Assembly (NCBI GenBank): GCA_050298055.1
Contig: JBNKTL010000066.1
Coordinates: 1-15,476, forward strand
Reading direction: 5' to 3'
Source of the DNA: Spirochaetota bacterium
GTDB lineage: Bacteria; Spirochaetota; UBA4802; UBA5550
Length of the DNA: 15,476 bases
Part shown: piece after piece, positions 6,319 through 15,353 of the stretch
Numbering within the stretch: the stretch's first letter is position 1
Layout of the letters: each line of letters opens with the position of its first letter
Position numbers and translations under genes: made by a program
Notes under the pieces: generated by a model
The model's database searches: none
What the model was told of the DNA's origin: nothing
What the model saw: only the letters and a program-made list of their open reading frames with translations

Positions 6319-7965
6319 TTATTGTGTAATCTTCGCTTTCCAGAGATTCATGCACAAATTCCATCCCAGGGGCATGGGTTCAAAACCGCGAAGTTTTTTC
6401 CGGTTCCAGGCGACTATGCTGAAAGACTCAAAATATAAAGGCATGACGTTACTCTCATAGATAATCTGCTGTGTTTTCTCATGGGCCTTTTCCCTCTGCG
6501 AGGGAATGTTCGAATAGAGATACTGATAAAAATATTCATCCAGTTGGGGATTATTGTAAAGGTTAAGCCACGATTTGTTCCTCGTGTAATAAAACATATG
6601 GTATCTCATCTGTGGCCAGAATGCCATCTGGAAGCGGTTCTTTACAAGGCCGTTCACATGGGCCCCCAGTTCGAGCATCCGGAGCTTAATGTCAAAACCG
6701 ACCTCCTTGAGTTGTGCCTGTATGATCTCCCCGATGATTTTATAATGAGGATCAAAATAATTCAGTGAAAGAGTGACCGATAACTCTTTCCCCTTCTTTT
6801 CACGTATCCCGTTGTTGTCCCTGTCTTCCCAGCCGGCTTTTTTGAGAAGACGTTTCGCTTTGGAAATATCGCTTGCTGTTCTTTCTATATTCTGATTATA
6901 AAGGGGATGACTTTCCGGAATAGGACCATGAATGCAGCGGGCTGTTTCGTGTATGATCCTGTTGATGGCTTTCATATCAACGGCATGCTTGACCGCTTTT
7001 CTTACACCGGGATCGTTGAATGGGGGCTTTCTGTAATTGAGGACAAGATAGCTGAGAGAAGGATCGATATCAGCGGGTTTTTTTACCGCAAAACCGCTTT
7101 TTCTGAGCATGATAACATTCTCACGGGATATCTTATCAAAATGATCGATACCCGTCATATCGATGTCCCCGGCTTCAAGGGCCAGGGAGCGGGTCTGGGG
7201 ATCGGGTATTACCTTAAATATTAATTCCGGTATCCCGGCCTTTCCCTGCCAGTGGTATTGATTTGATTTCAGGGTAATATGCCGGGTCCTCACATGCTCT
7301 CCTATCTTGTAGGGGCCTGTTCCGATAAAACCCGTTACCCGCTCGTCTTTTGAGGGCTTCAGGATGGGGCTGATATGTGTTGCAGCAAGATCATCTAAAA
7401 AAAGCGTATAGGGCCTTTTAAGGATAAAGGTAAGAGTGTGATCATCAATAATCTTTATTGTTTTTATGGGACTCCAACGGGGAAGGAGTTTATTGAAACT
7501 GAAATCCCCGTATTTGGATTTTCCCTTTCTCCCTTTTGTTCCGGCGTTTGCATTATATATCTTTCTGTTCACAGGACGATTTCTCTTTTTCTTATTTTGA
7601 CGCGCCTTTTCCCTGTAGGTGAAAGATTCCTTTACGCAACGGCTTGTTAATGCCGTTCCATCTGAAAATTTGATCCCCTTTTTAATTGTGAATGTGTAAG
7701 ACAACCCGTTTTTGCTCTTTTCCCATTTTTCCGCGAGAGAGGGGATAAAACTGCCTTTTTTGTCCCGGGTTACGAGAGTCTGAAAGATCAGGCAGTTAAA
7801 TCCCTTGTGGGACCACACGTCGGAAACACGCCAGTCCCGGGAAATCCCTACAACAAGTTTTTCCGGATTCCCGAAATCATTTTTTTTACACTGGAGCAGT
7901 GAGAAGAAAAGAAGAGCTGTCATCCCAAAACGGATTATTCTTCCTGCTGTCATTTTATTTATCAT
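6319..7965 (-). CDS. ABC transporter substrate-binding lipoprotein, family 5 (NikA/DppA/OppA-like)
   Basis: SBP_bac_5 signatures PSLAEKWEKSKNGLSYTFTIKKGIKFSDGT, IGTGPYK, PFNDPGVRKAVKHAVD and IQAQLKEVG; signal peptide ending FSLLQ-C. I moved the start from 7977 to the ATG at 7965 because it has GGAG 6 nt upstream and an ATGA overlap with the preceding stop. Confidence 0.9.
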   Translation of the reverse strand: MINKMTAGRIIRFGMTALLFFSLLQCKKNDFGNPEKLVVGISRDWRVSDVWSHKGFNCLIFQTLVTRDKKGSFIPSLAEKWEKSKNGLSYTFTIKKGIKFSDGTALTSRCVKESFTYREKARQNKKKRNRPVNRKIYNANAGTKGRKGKSKYGDFSFNKLLPRWSPIKTIKIIDDHTLTFILKRPYTLFLDDLAATHISPILKPSKDERVTGFIGTGPYKIGEHVRTRHITLKSNQYHWQGKAGIPELIFKVIPDPQTRSLALEAGDIDMTGIDHFDKISRENVIMLRKSGFAVKKPADIDPSLSYLVLNYRKPPFNDPGVRKAVKHAVDMKAINRIIHETARCIHGPIPESHPLYNQNIERTASDISKAKRLLKKAGWEDRDNNGIREKKGKELSVTLSLNYFDPHYKIIGEIIQAQLKEVGFDIKLRMLELGAHVNGLVKNRFQMAFWPQMRYHMFYYTRNKSWLNLYNNPQLDEYFYQYLYSNIPSQREKAHEKTQQIIYESNVMPLYFESFSIVAWNRKKLRGFEPMPLGWNLCMNLWKAKITQ

Positions 7966-8735
7966 GCCGTTCTCCATTTAAAAGTTTCGTATTCAATCAG
8001 CTTTTTTGTATATTCGTCTTTTGGCGCCGAAAAGAGACCTTCAACGGGGCCCTGTTCCAGAATCCTGCCGCTTCGCATAACGGCAACCCTGCCGCAAAAA
8101 TTCCGTATGACTTCAATGTCATGGGAGATGAATATGATCGTGGTTTTGTATTTTTCCCGGATTTCCTTTAAAAGCGAGATAACCTGGGCCTGTACGGAGA
8201 CGTCAAGGGCGGCTGTGGGCTCGTCGGCTATAATGAGTTCAGGGTTCAGCGTCAGTATTCTCGCGATAACCGCCCTCTGGTTCTCACCCCCGCTTACCTC
8301 GTGGGGATATCGCTCCGGAACATCCGGCCTCAGCCCCACAATGTCCCTGTATTTTTTTAAGATAATTTCCGTGTCCTGTTTTTTTATTTTTTTATAATAC
8401 CGGAGGGGTTCAAGGATGCTGTCGCCTATCTTCATGCGGGGATTGAGGGACTCCTGCGGGTTCTGCCATATTATCTGGAGCCGCGGTCTTATCTTCTTCA
8501 GTTCCCTTCCGGAGGCTTTTAAAATATCATGCCCGTTTAAAAGAATAGTGCCCTCATCAGGGGGCAGGAGCCCAATGATCAGTTTTGCCAGGGTCGTTTT
8601 TCCGCATCCGCTTTCCCCCGTTAAACCGAAAATCTCGCCGTTGTTTACCGTGAGATCAACTCCGTCAACCGCCTTGATCAGACGGTCCTTTGTTATGTAA
8701 TATTTTTTCAGGCCGGATATTTTAATCATCTGCAT
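7962..8735 (-). CDS. ABC transporter ATP-binding subunit (DppF/OppF/NikE-like)
   Basis: 257 aa. Walker A GESGCGKT, Q-loop WQNPQESLNPR, signature VSGGENQR, Walker B IIADEPTAALD, H-loop ISHD. Confidence 0.93.
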   Translation of the reverse strand: MQMIKISGLKKYYITKDRLIKAVDGVDLTVNNGEIFGLTGESGCGKTTLAKLIIGLLPPDEGTILLNGHDILKASGRELKKIRPRLQIIWQNPQESLNPRMKIGDSILEPLRYYKKIKKQDTEIILKKYRDIVGLRPDVPERYPHEVSGGENQRAVIARILTLNPELIIADEPTAALDVSVQAQVISLLKEIREKYKTTIIFISHDIEVIRNFCGRVAVMRSGRILEQGPVEGLFSAPKDEYTKKLIEYETFKWRTA

Positions 8736-9657
8736 GGCACCTCGCGTAATGGTCCTGGTATCGTTCTTTCATTGCCGGATGTTCCTTTTCGCACTTCTTT
8801 ACCTGTTCTTCGCATCGCGCGTAAAACCTGCACCCCGCGGGTACATCAATAAGGCTGGCGGAGCGGCCTGCTATGGGTTTCATCCCGTTGCCGGGCAGCG
8901 CGGCGACCAGGGCCCGGGAATAGGGATGGACCGGGTGAGAGAGAAAATTTTGCCCGGGACAGTTTTCAACTATTTCACCGGCATACATAACGGCAATCCT
9001 GTGGCAGAGATGATGGGCCAGCTTAAGGTTATGGGTAATAAAGATCAACGCGATACCCAGTTCTCCGCATAGGGATTCCAGGAGTTCAGAGATATACCGT
9101 TGAAGGCCCGTATCAAGTCCCTTTGAAGGCTCATCGGCTATGAGCAGAGAGGGTCTGCCGATAATTCCCATGGCAATCATGATCCTTGTGAGCTCTCCGC
9201 CGCTTAATTGAAAAGGGTAGCTCTTTAAAATTCTGTCCGGATCATGAAAACCGCAGAGTTCCAGTGTTTCCCGGGCGTGAGCCCGGGCGTTTTCCCGGTT
9301 TGTTTTTTTTATTTTTATGGCGGCTTCGCATAACTGCCTTTCTGTTGTATAAACGGGATTGAGAGATAGCAGGGGGTTCTGGAAGATCATCCCTATTTCA
9401 TTGCCCCGTATAATTCTCATTTCACAGGCGTCACATTTAAGGATGTCCCGTCCGTTAAAGAATATTTCACCCCGGATGACGCAGTTTTGGGGAAGAAGGC
9501 GCATGAGAGACAATCCCAGGATGGTTTTCCCCGATCCGGATTCTCCCACAACAGCGATTTTGTCCCCCTGCCTGACTTCAAGATTTACTCCGTTAACGGC
9601 TTTGACCTCCCCGTTTTTTGTTTTAAAAGAGGTGGTAATATTTCTCAGCGATAACAT
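8722..9657 (-). CDS. ABC transporter ATP-binding subunit (DppD/OppD/NikD-like) with C-terminal HPY/Cys extension
   Basis: 311 aa. GESGSGKT, FQNPLLSLNP, LSGGELTR, LIADEPSKGLD, ITHN, HPVHPYS, and C-terminal CRFYARC-x6-C...C. Confidence 0.93.
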   Translation of the reverse strand: MLSLRNITTSFKTKNGEVKAVNGVNLEVRQGDKIAVVGESGSGKTILGLSLMRLLPQNCVIRGEIFFNGRDILKCDACEMRIIRGNEIGMIFQNPLLSLNPVYTTERQLCEAAIKIKKTNRENARAHARETLELCGFHDPDRILKSYPFQLSGGELTRIMIAMGIIGRPSLLIADEPSKGLDTGLQRYISELLESLCGELGIALIFITHNLKLAHHLCHRIAVMYAGEIVENCPGQNFLSHPVHPYSRALVAALPGNGMKPIAGRSASLIDVPAGCRFYARCEEQVKKCEKEHPAMKERYQDHYARCHADD

Positions 9658-9663
9658 GACCCG

Positions 9664-10506
9664 TTACAATTCCTCCGGGTGGATTCCCGTTTTATGGCGC
9701 GGGTCCAGAATATTCCTTAAGCCTTCCCCGAACAGGTTAAAACCGAGTACCGTGATCATGATGGCGATCCCGGGAAAGACCGTAAGGTGGGGAGCGGTCC
9801 GCATATAGGTCCTCCCTTCGTTGAGCATCATGCCCCAGTCGGCGGAAGGGGGCTGCGCTCCCAGTCCGAGAAAACTGAAAGCGGAAACAATAAGGATCGT
9901 AAAGCCGGTGGACATGGACGCCAGGGTAATAACCGGCGCCACGGCATTGGGCAGCAGGTATTTTTTGAAAATATAGACACGGGAAAATCCCAGGACCCTG
10001 GCGGCGGCAATGTACTCCTTTTCCTTTACGGACAAAATGCTTCCCCGGATAACCCGGGCGAATTCAGTCCAGCCCAGAACAATCAGTGCGGCCATTATGC
10101 TGGCGGGTCCCGGAGAGAGAACAGTGGCAATGACAATGGCAAGGACCAGTGAGGGTAATGCCATGGCAATTTCAATGAGCTTTGATATAAACATGTCCGT
10201 CAAACCGCCGAAATAACCCGCAGCGGTCCCGAGAACTGTGCCGATCCCGGTTTGCACCGCCACCACGACAAAAGCTATTGAGAGTGAAAGGCGTGTTCCG
10301 TAAATAATTCTGCTTAACACGCATCTTCCCAGGTAATCGCAGCCAAGGGGAAATTGCGGACCGGGACCTGACCCGGCAAGGTCCAGGTGCTGGCTGTAGG
10401 GATCATTGGGCGCGATAAGGGGAGAGAGCAGGGCAATGGCTATTAGTATGAAAATGATAATGACCCCGGTGAGCGCCGTTTTGTTATGGAATATCTCTTT
10501 TATCAT
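9664..10506 (-). CDS. ABC transporter permease (DppC/OppC/NikC-like)
   Basis: 280 aa. PLGCDYLGRCVLSRIIYGTRLSL, EAA-loop EYIAAARVLG, SFLGLGAQPPSADWGMML, FNLFGEGLRNILDPR. AGGTG SD upstream. Confidence 0.93.
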   Translation of the reverse strand: MIKEIFHNKTALTGVIIIFILIAIALLSPLIAPNDPYSQHLDLAGSGPGPQFPLGCDYLGRCVLSRIIYGTRLSLSIAFVVVAVQTGIGTVLGTAAGYFGGLTDMFISKLIEIAMALPSLVLAIVIATVLSPGPASIMAALIVLGWTEFARVIRGSILSVKEKEYIAAARVLGFSRVYIFKKYLLPNAVAPVITLASMSTGFTILIVSAFSFLGLGAQPPSADWGMMLNEGRTYMRTAPHLTVFPGIAIMITVLGFNLFGEGLRNILDPRHKTGIHPEEL

Positions 10507-10522
10507 TATTCACCTGTTTCCT

Positions 10523-11461
10523 CTAAGTATTATCAAACCTGATCCTGGGATCAAGATAGACATAGGAGATGTCCACAAGGAGATTTATCAGGACAAAAAC
10601 CGCGGCTATCATCATTACACAGGCCTGGATCACCGGGTAGTCCCGGGCAAAGCAGGAGTCAACAACCAGTTTGCCGATCCCCTCCCAGGCGAAAATTGTC
10701 TCGATGATCACGGCAACCTGAAATATCCGGGCAAACTTTAAACCGGTATAGGTCACCACGGGAAGAAGGGCGTTCCTTACGGCGTGGAAGAGAATGATAT
10801 ATCCCTCTTTAAGTCCCTTGGAACGGGCGGTCCTGATATAATCCTGCTCCAGCTCTTCCAGCACGCATGTTCGCACAAGCCGTGTTGTAAAGGCGGCCAT
10901 GGATACCGCCAGGGTCATACAGGGAAGAATAAAATGCCGGATGCTTCCCTGTCCGAATACGGGAAGGAGCCCCAGTTTCACGGAAAAAAGGAGTATCAGG
11001 AGAAGAGCCAACCAGTAATTGGGGAAGGATATCAGGACAAGTGTCCCCCACATGACCGACCTGTCGAAGAGTGAACCCTTTTTGACCGCTGAAACCACCC
11101 CGAGGACCATTGAAAGAAGAAGTGAAAGGAGCAGGGATATTGTCCCCAGCTTTAGTGTAACGGGAAGCCGGATAAGTATTTCCGAGATGACCGGCTGGTC
11201 GGTGCGGACGGATATCCCGAAATCGCCCTCCAGAATATGGCCGAGCCAGATCATATACTGCTGAGAGACGGGAGCATTCAGCCCCATCTCTTTGCCGATC
11301 CACCGGATCTGTTCCGGGGTGACTTCGTTGCCGTACCGGGCCATTGCCATGACCACCGCGGGGTCTCCCGGTGCCAGGCGAATAAGGGAAAATGAGATAA
11401 TAGAGACGGCGAGCATCACAATGATCACGGATATGATATTTTTTATGATGTATCTACTCAT
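10523..11461 (-). CDS. ABC transporter permease (DppB/OppB/NikB-like)
   Basis: 312 aa. LAPGDPA, GDFGIS, QDYIRTARSKGL, ETIFAWEGIG, RDYPVIQA, YVYLDPRIR. Overlaps the cobN end by 8 bp. Confidence 0.93.
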   Translation of the reverse strand: MSRYIIKNIISVIIVMLAVSIISFSLIRLAPGDPAVVMAMARYGNEVTPEQIRWIGKEMGLNAPVSQQYMIWLGHILEGDFGISVRTDQPVISEILIRLPVTLKLGTISLLLSLLLSMVLGVVSAVKKGSLFDRSVMWGTLVLISFPNYWLALLLILLFSVKLGLLPVFGQGSIRHFILPCMTLAVSMAAFTTRLVRTCVLEELEQDYIRTARSKGLKEGYIILFHAVRNALLPVVTYTGLKFARIFQVAVIIETIFAWEGIGKLVVDSCFARDYPVIQACVMMIAAVFVLINLLVDISYVYLDPRIRFDNT

Positions 11462-14400
11462 CTGAATGTTTATCTCTTATGATCTTTACAACATCGATGT
11501 TTCCCCCCTGGATATTGCCCGAGAAGTCATCTGTGTCTTCCTCCAGCCAGCTTTCAATATCCAGGTAGGCCTTTTTAAGATCGTTGAGAATGTCCGGGTC
11601 CGGTTTCCAGAGGTTTCTCTGTTCCGCTTCCAGGAGTCGGCGTGTCATGCTTTCGAGGGCCCACTTGTTGTTCTCCTGGAACCATTCCTTCATTTCCCCG
11701 TCCAGGACAAATGTTTCGGCTATGGAGTCGAAGACCCGGTCCTCAACAAGTTTTGTTGTGGCCTGCCATCCGTAGAGATGATAGACCCTGTCGGAGATCA
11801 CGGCGGCCCCTTTGTAGCCGTGCCTTTTTTTGCTCTCGATCCATTTGGGATTGAGTATCCGTGTGCGGGCCACCCTCTCAAGCTCCTCTTTCATGTCCCG
11901 TATCTGCGGCCTGTCAGGGTCGTGGGTATCGCCGAAGTATGACTTGACTTCATGGCCCGAGGTCTCTTTGACGGCAATGGCAAATCCCCCGCCGCTTCCG
12001 AATATATGGCAGCATTCGAGAATATCGTATTCATCGGAATCCCATTTGTCGTATGTGATCTCTATCCGCTTGAGATTCGCCGTCAGTTCGTCCTTTGCGG
12101 GTGACCCGAAGGTCCCCTTGCCGTAGGCGTAACCGCATGTGTCGATGAAAATATCAGACAGGTCCTTATCTTCCTCCCACGCGGAAGCCGCAATGGCCGT
12201 ATTGACGCCGTAGTCATAAACCCCGGGGGCGGCCGTAAAGATCCTGTAGGTGGAAAGCCTTCTCGCCTCATCATCGCCGGGGGTGCTTCCCAGTTCATTC
12301 ATACGCTCCGATGTATGTTTCCGGATGAAATTCATATCTTCCGGCTCGTGGAGAAAGGCCACAAGCTGTACCGCTTCGTCAACAAGCTCAAAGGCGTTGG
12401 GCATGCCGTCTCTCAGCATATTGGAAAGCTGGACGGTGCAGTCCACCCGGGGACGTTTCAGCTCTTCCAGGGGTATGATATCAAGCCCCGTGACCCGTGA
12501 CCCGTCCCATTTCGGACGGACGCCCAGGGTGTAAAGGATCTGGGAGAGCAGTTCGCCGTCGGCCCGGAAGGTGTCGAAAAACCTGAAGACGAACCCGATG
12601 GTCTCGGGGTAATTGTCATGTTCATGGAGATACTTATGAAAGAACTTCTCCGCCAGTTTTATCCCCACCTGCCACGCGGCGGGCGTTGGTATCTTCCAGG
12701 GATCAACCGAATAGAAGTTCCTTCCCGTGGGGAGGGTTTCGATTTTTCCCCGGGCAAGGGCCCCCGAGGCCCCCGGGGGGATGAATTCCCCGTGAAAGCC
12801 GCGGATGAGGTTGTCTGTTTCGTCTGTTGTTTGCTCGATCTTCGGAAGAATGTTGAGCCCGTACTCTATTGTTTTCTGAAATTGTTTGAGAGATTTTTCC
12901 GCGAGTATAAAGGAATCAAGTTTATAGTTCTCTACGATGACGGAGGCCGCGGTTTTTTCAAGGAGAGTGTCCGTGAGTTTGTCTTGGGCCAGGATCTTAT
13001 TAACCAGCTCTTTCCCGGTATCAATGCTTAAACTCAGCGCCTTCCCGTGGGTCATCCCCAGTTTTTCGTTGAAAGTATCGGGATCCTTCAGGACATGGTC
13101 ATAGTCCAGTTCCACTGCTTCCAGTATACAGCGTCGGATTGAGGGAACTTCCTCCGTATCGAACCTCAGGATTGAAACAAGCATGTCCACCAACTGCCCG
13201 TTTTCGGGGACCCTGCTGAAAATATGGAGCCCGTCCCGGATCATGGTCTCCCTGATCATGCTCATCTGCCCGTGCAGGTGTTCCACAAAGTCTTTGAACC
13301 GGGGAAAATCGTCTCTGTTCATTGTGAAACCGGCATTCACCGATTTTTCGTCAATTATGCTTTCCAGTATTTTCAGCCTGCCCTTATCGTCGTTGCTTTC
13401 GGCCCTCATATATTCTTCAATGGGGTCCTCAAGATCTTCCAGAGCGCCGTAGATCCCGGAGTCGGACATCACCGGGTGAAGATGATCGACGATTACCGCG
13501 TATCCCCTTCGTTTTGCTATGCTTCCTTCCATGGGGTTGCTCACCACGTAGATGTAGAGATGGGGCAGGGCGCCCACAAGAAATTCGGAATAGCAGGAAG
13601 CGGATAATGCCACCCTTTTTCCGGGCAGAAGCTCTATGTTGCCGTGTGTTCCCACATGAAGCAGGGCATCTGCCCCGAAACCCCTTTCTATCCATTTATA
13701 GAAGGCAATATATTGATGGGGGGGAGGTATTTCAGGATCGTGAAGTATTTTACACACATGGCCGCTGCACTCCGCCCCCGCGCATCCCCTTTTGGGCTGT
13801 ATGCCGATAAAGAGGTTGCCGTTACGAAGCCCGGTGACGGTTATCCTGCCGTTATGAAGGGCAAGGCTTGAGGCCTCAACGCTTCCCGGCTCCAGACCTT
13901 CGTCATCAAAAGGATTTCCCCATGAGGAAAAAACTTTCTCCCTGGCGTCAGGAGGCAGATCGTCCACCCATGCCCTGTAAGACCCAAGTTCAACAAAATC
14001 GGCGGCGCCTCCCTTCTTTATAATCTCATCCAGGGAGGTCCACCGGAACTCGCTTATGGCCTTCTTTTCCATGATGATGTCAATGAGCTCTTTCCCGTCA
14101 CGGGGGACCCAGTCCAGGGTATAGCCTTCATCCTTCAGGCGCTTCATTAAAAGCGCCGCGCTCTCCAGTGTGTCCAACCCGAACCCGGCGCCCACGGTTG
14201 CTTCCACACCGCTTTTACAGGGTGAGTTCAAAAGGACCATGGCGATCTTTTTTTCGGCGTTCTCCTTTTCCCTGAGTGAGATCCATTTCTTTATTCTCTT
14301 AATGACCAGTTGGACCTGTTCGTCAATGGGATTGGGGATATGCATAACGGCCCCGGTAACGGGGTCGAACTCCTCTTCCGAGGTGCCCACAAGAATGGGG

Positions 14401-15353
14401 TCCGTGATACCGTCAAATTCCGGCATGCTGACCCGGATAATAAGCTGGGGAACAGTCAGTCCGTCGGGATTGCTTCGCCATTCATCCTCCGACTGCATGC
14501 TGCTCATGATAAAAAGGGCGGGTACATTCAATTTTCTGAGAATATCCACCTCTTCATGGTTAATATCCCCGGACTTCCGTTCCCGGACGGTCCTCAGAAA
14601 AAAATACGCGTCAATGAAAAGGGCGTCAATGACCGGTTCTCCCTCAATAAAGAAAAATTCTTCAATTGACCTGTCATCACCCCGGTACCCGAATTTATTG
14701 TTAAAGACCGGGATGACATTGAGCCCGTTCTTTTCGGCTTCCCGGATGACCGCATCAATCACGGGGAGGCCGTTTTCGATCCAGTATGTCCGGGAGAAGA
14801 GGATGCCGATTGTCTTCACGCCCTTTTTGCCGTAATGCTTTAAATATTCGCCGGTGCTGTCAAAGGAATGTTTAAAATCGGGGTGGTAAATTCCGCACTG
14901 GGGCGACTCTTCGGGAGGTCCCGGTTCTTCCAGTATTGTACCGGCGAGCTTGCTGCAAAAGAGAAGAAGATGTCTGATATTTTCCCTGCCGCCGTTTTTG
15001 TAATACTCCCAGATTATTTTCAGCTCCCCTGGCCCAATGTTTCCCAGAGACGCGCATTCCGGTGAGAGGGGGATTATGGGGGCTTTCGTCTTCTCCTTGA
15101 GTTCGCCCAGCAGCTGGTGAAGCATTTCATAGGCTGATGGGGCCAGGACCAGGATACAGTCAGCTTCCTTCTCCATCCATGACAGGCTGCTTCCGTCAAT
15201 GTCTGCTGTTGCCTGGTCCGTGGTCATGGCGTTTTCGATCCGGATAGAAATATCGTAGCCCTGTTTCCGGATCTCTTGAACCGCTTCCGCGAAGGACTTT
15301 ATCATCAGGCCCCGCGCGGGTCCGAAAGGTGCAAATACCGCTCCAATATTCAT
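11454..15353 (-). CDS. cobN: CobN/ChlH-family (class I) chelatase large subunit
   Basis: 1299 aa. MPEFDG, PPPHQYIAFYKW, HVGTHGNIELLPGK, NPMEGSIAKRRG, IRDGLH, LPTGRNFYS, LKRPRVD, LNPKWIE and RLLEAEQRNLW are conserved CobN/ChlH motifs. Confidence 0.93.
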   Translation of the reverse strand: MNIGAVFAPFGPARGLMIKSFAEAVQEIRKQGYDISIRIENAMTTDQATADIDGSSLSWMEKEADCILVLAPSAYEMLHQLLGELKEKTKAPIIPLSPECASLGNIGPGELKIIWEYYKNGGRENIRHLLLFCSKLAGTILEEPGPPEESPQCGIYHPDFKHSFDSTGEYLKHYGKKGVKTIGILFSRTYWIENGLPVIDAVIREAEKNGLNVIPVFNNKFGYRGDDRSIEEFFFIEGEPVIDALFIDAYFFLRTVRERKSGDINHEEVDILRKLNVPALFIMSSMQSEDEWRSNPDGLTVPQLIIRVSMPEFDGITDPILVGTSEEEFDPVTGAVMHIPNPIDEQVQLVIKRIKKWISLREKENAEKKIAMVLLNSPCKSGVEATVGAGFGLDTLESAALLMKRLKDEGYTLDWVPRDGKELIDIIMEKKAISEFRWTSLDEIIKKGGAADFVELGSYRAWVDDLPPDAREKVFSSWGNPFDDEGLEPGSVEASSLALHNGRITVTGLRNGNLFIGIQPKRGCAGAECSGHVCKILHDPEIPPPHQYIAFYKWIERGFGADALLHVGTHGNIELLPGKRVALSASCYSEFLVGALPHLYIYVVSNPMEGSIAKRRGYAVIVDHLHPVMSDSGIYGALEDLEDPIEEYMRAESNDDKGRLKILESIIDEKSVNAGFTMNRDDFPRFKDFVEHLHGQMSMIRETMIRDGLHIFSRVPENGQLVDMLVSILRFDTEEVPSIRRCILEAVELDYDHVLKDPDTFNEKLGMTHGKALSLSIDTGKELVNKILAQDKLTDTLLEKTAASVIVENYKLDSFILAEKSLKQFQKTIEYGLNILPKIEQTTDETDNLIRGFHGEFIPPGASGALARGKIETLPTGRNFYSVDPWKIPTPAAWQVGIKLAEKFFHKYLHEHDNYPETIGFVFRFFDTFRADGELLSQILYTLGVRPKWDGSRVTGLDIIPLEELKRPRVDCTVQLSNMLRDGMPNAFELVDEAVQLVAFLHEPEDMNFIRKHTSERMNELGSTPGDDEARRLSTYRIFTAAPGVYDYGVNTAIAASAWEEDKDLSDIFIDTCGYAYGKGTFGSPAKDELTANLKRIEITYDKWDSDEYDILECCHIFGSGGGFAIAVKETSGHEVKSYFGDTHDPDRPQIRDMKEELERVARTRILNPKWIESKKRHGYKGAAVISDRVYHLYGWQATTKLVEDRVFDSIAETFVLDGEMKEWFQENNKWALESMTRRLLEAEQRNLWKPDPDILNDLKKAYLDIESWLEEDTDDFSGNIQGGNIDVVKIIRDKHSDE

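Noticed and set aside
14170..14835. 221-aa + strand ORF and the many other short antisense or alternate-frame ORFs in the track
   Set aside because: They lie wholly or almost wholly within well-supported genes, have no recognisable domains, and are typical shadow ORFs.
3032..15353. Magnesium chelatase / photosynthesis locus
   Set aside because: No bch/chl pathway genes are present in the window. The large subunit and transporter context fit a CobN-like rather than ChlH role, although the metal is not proven.
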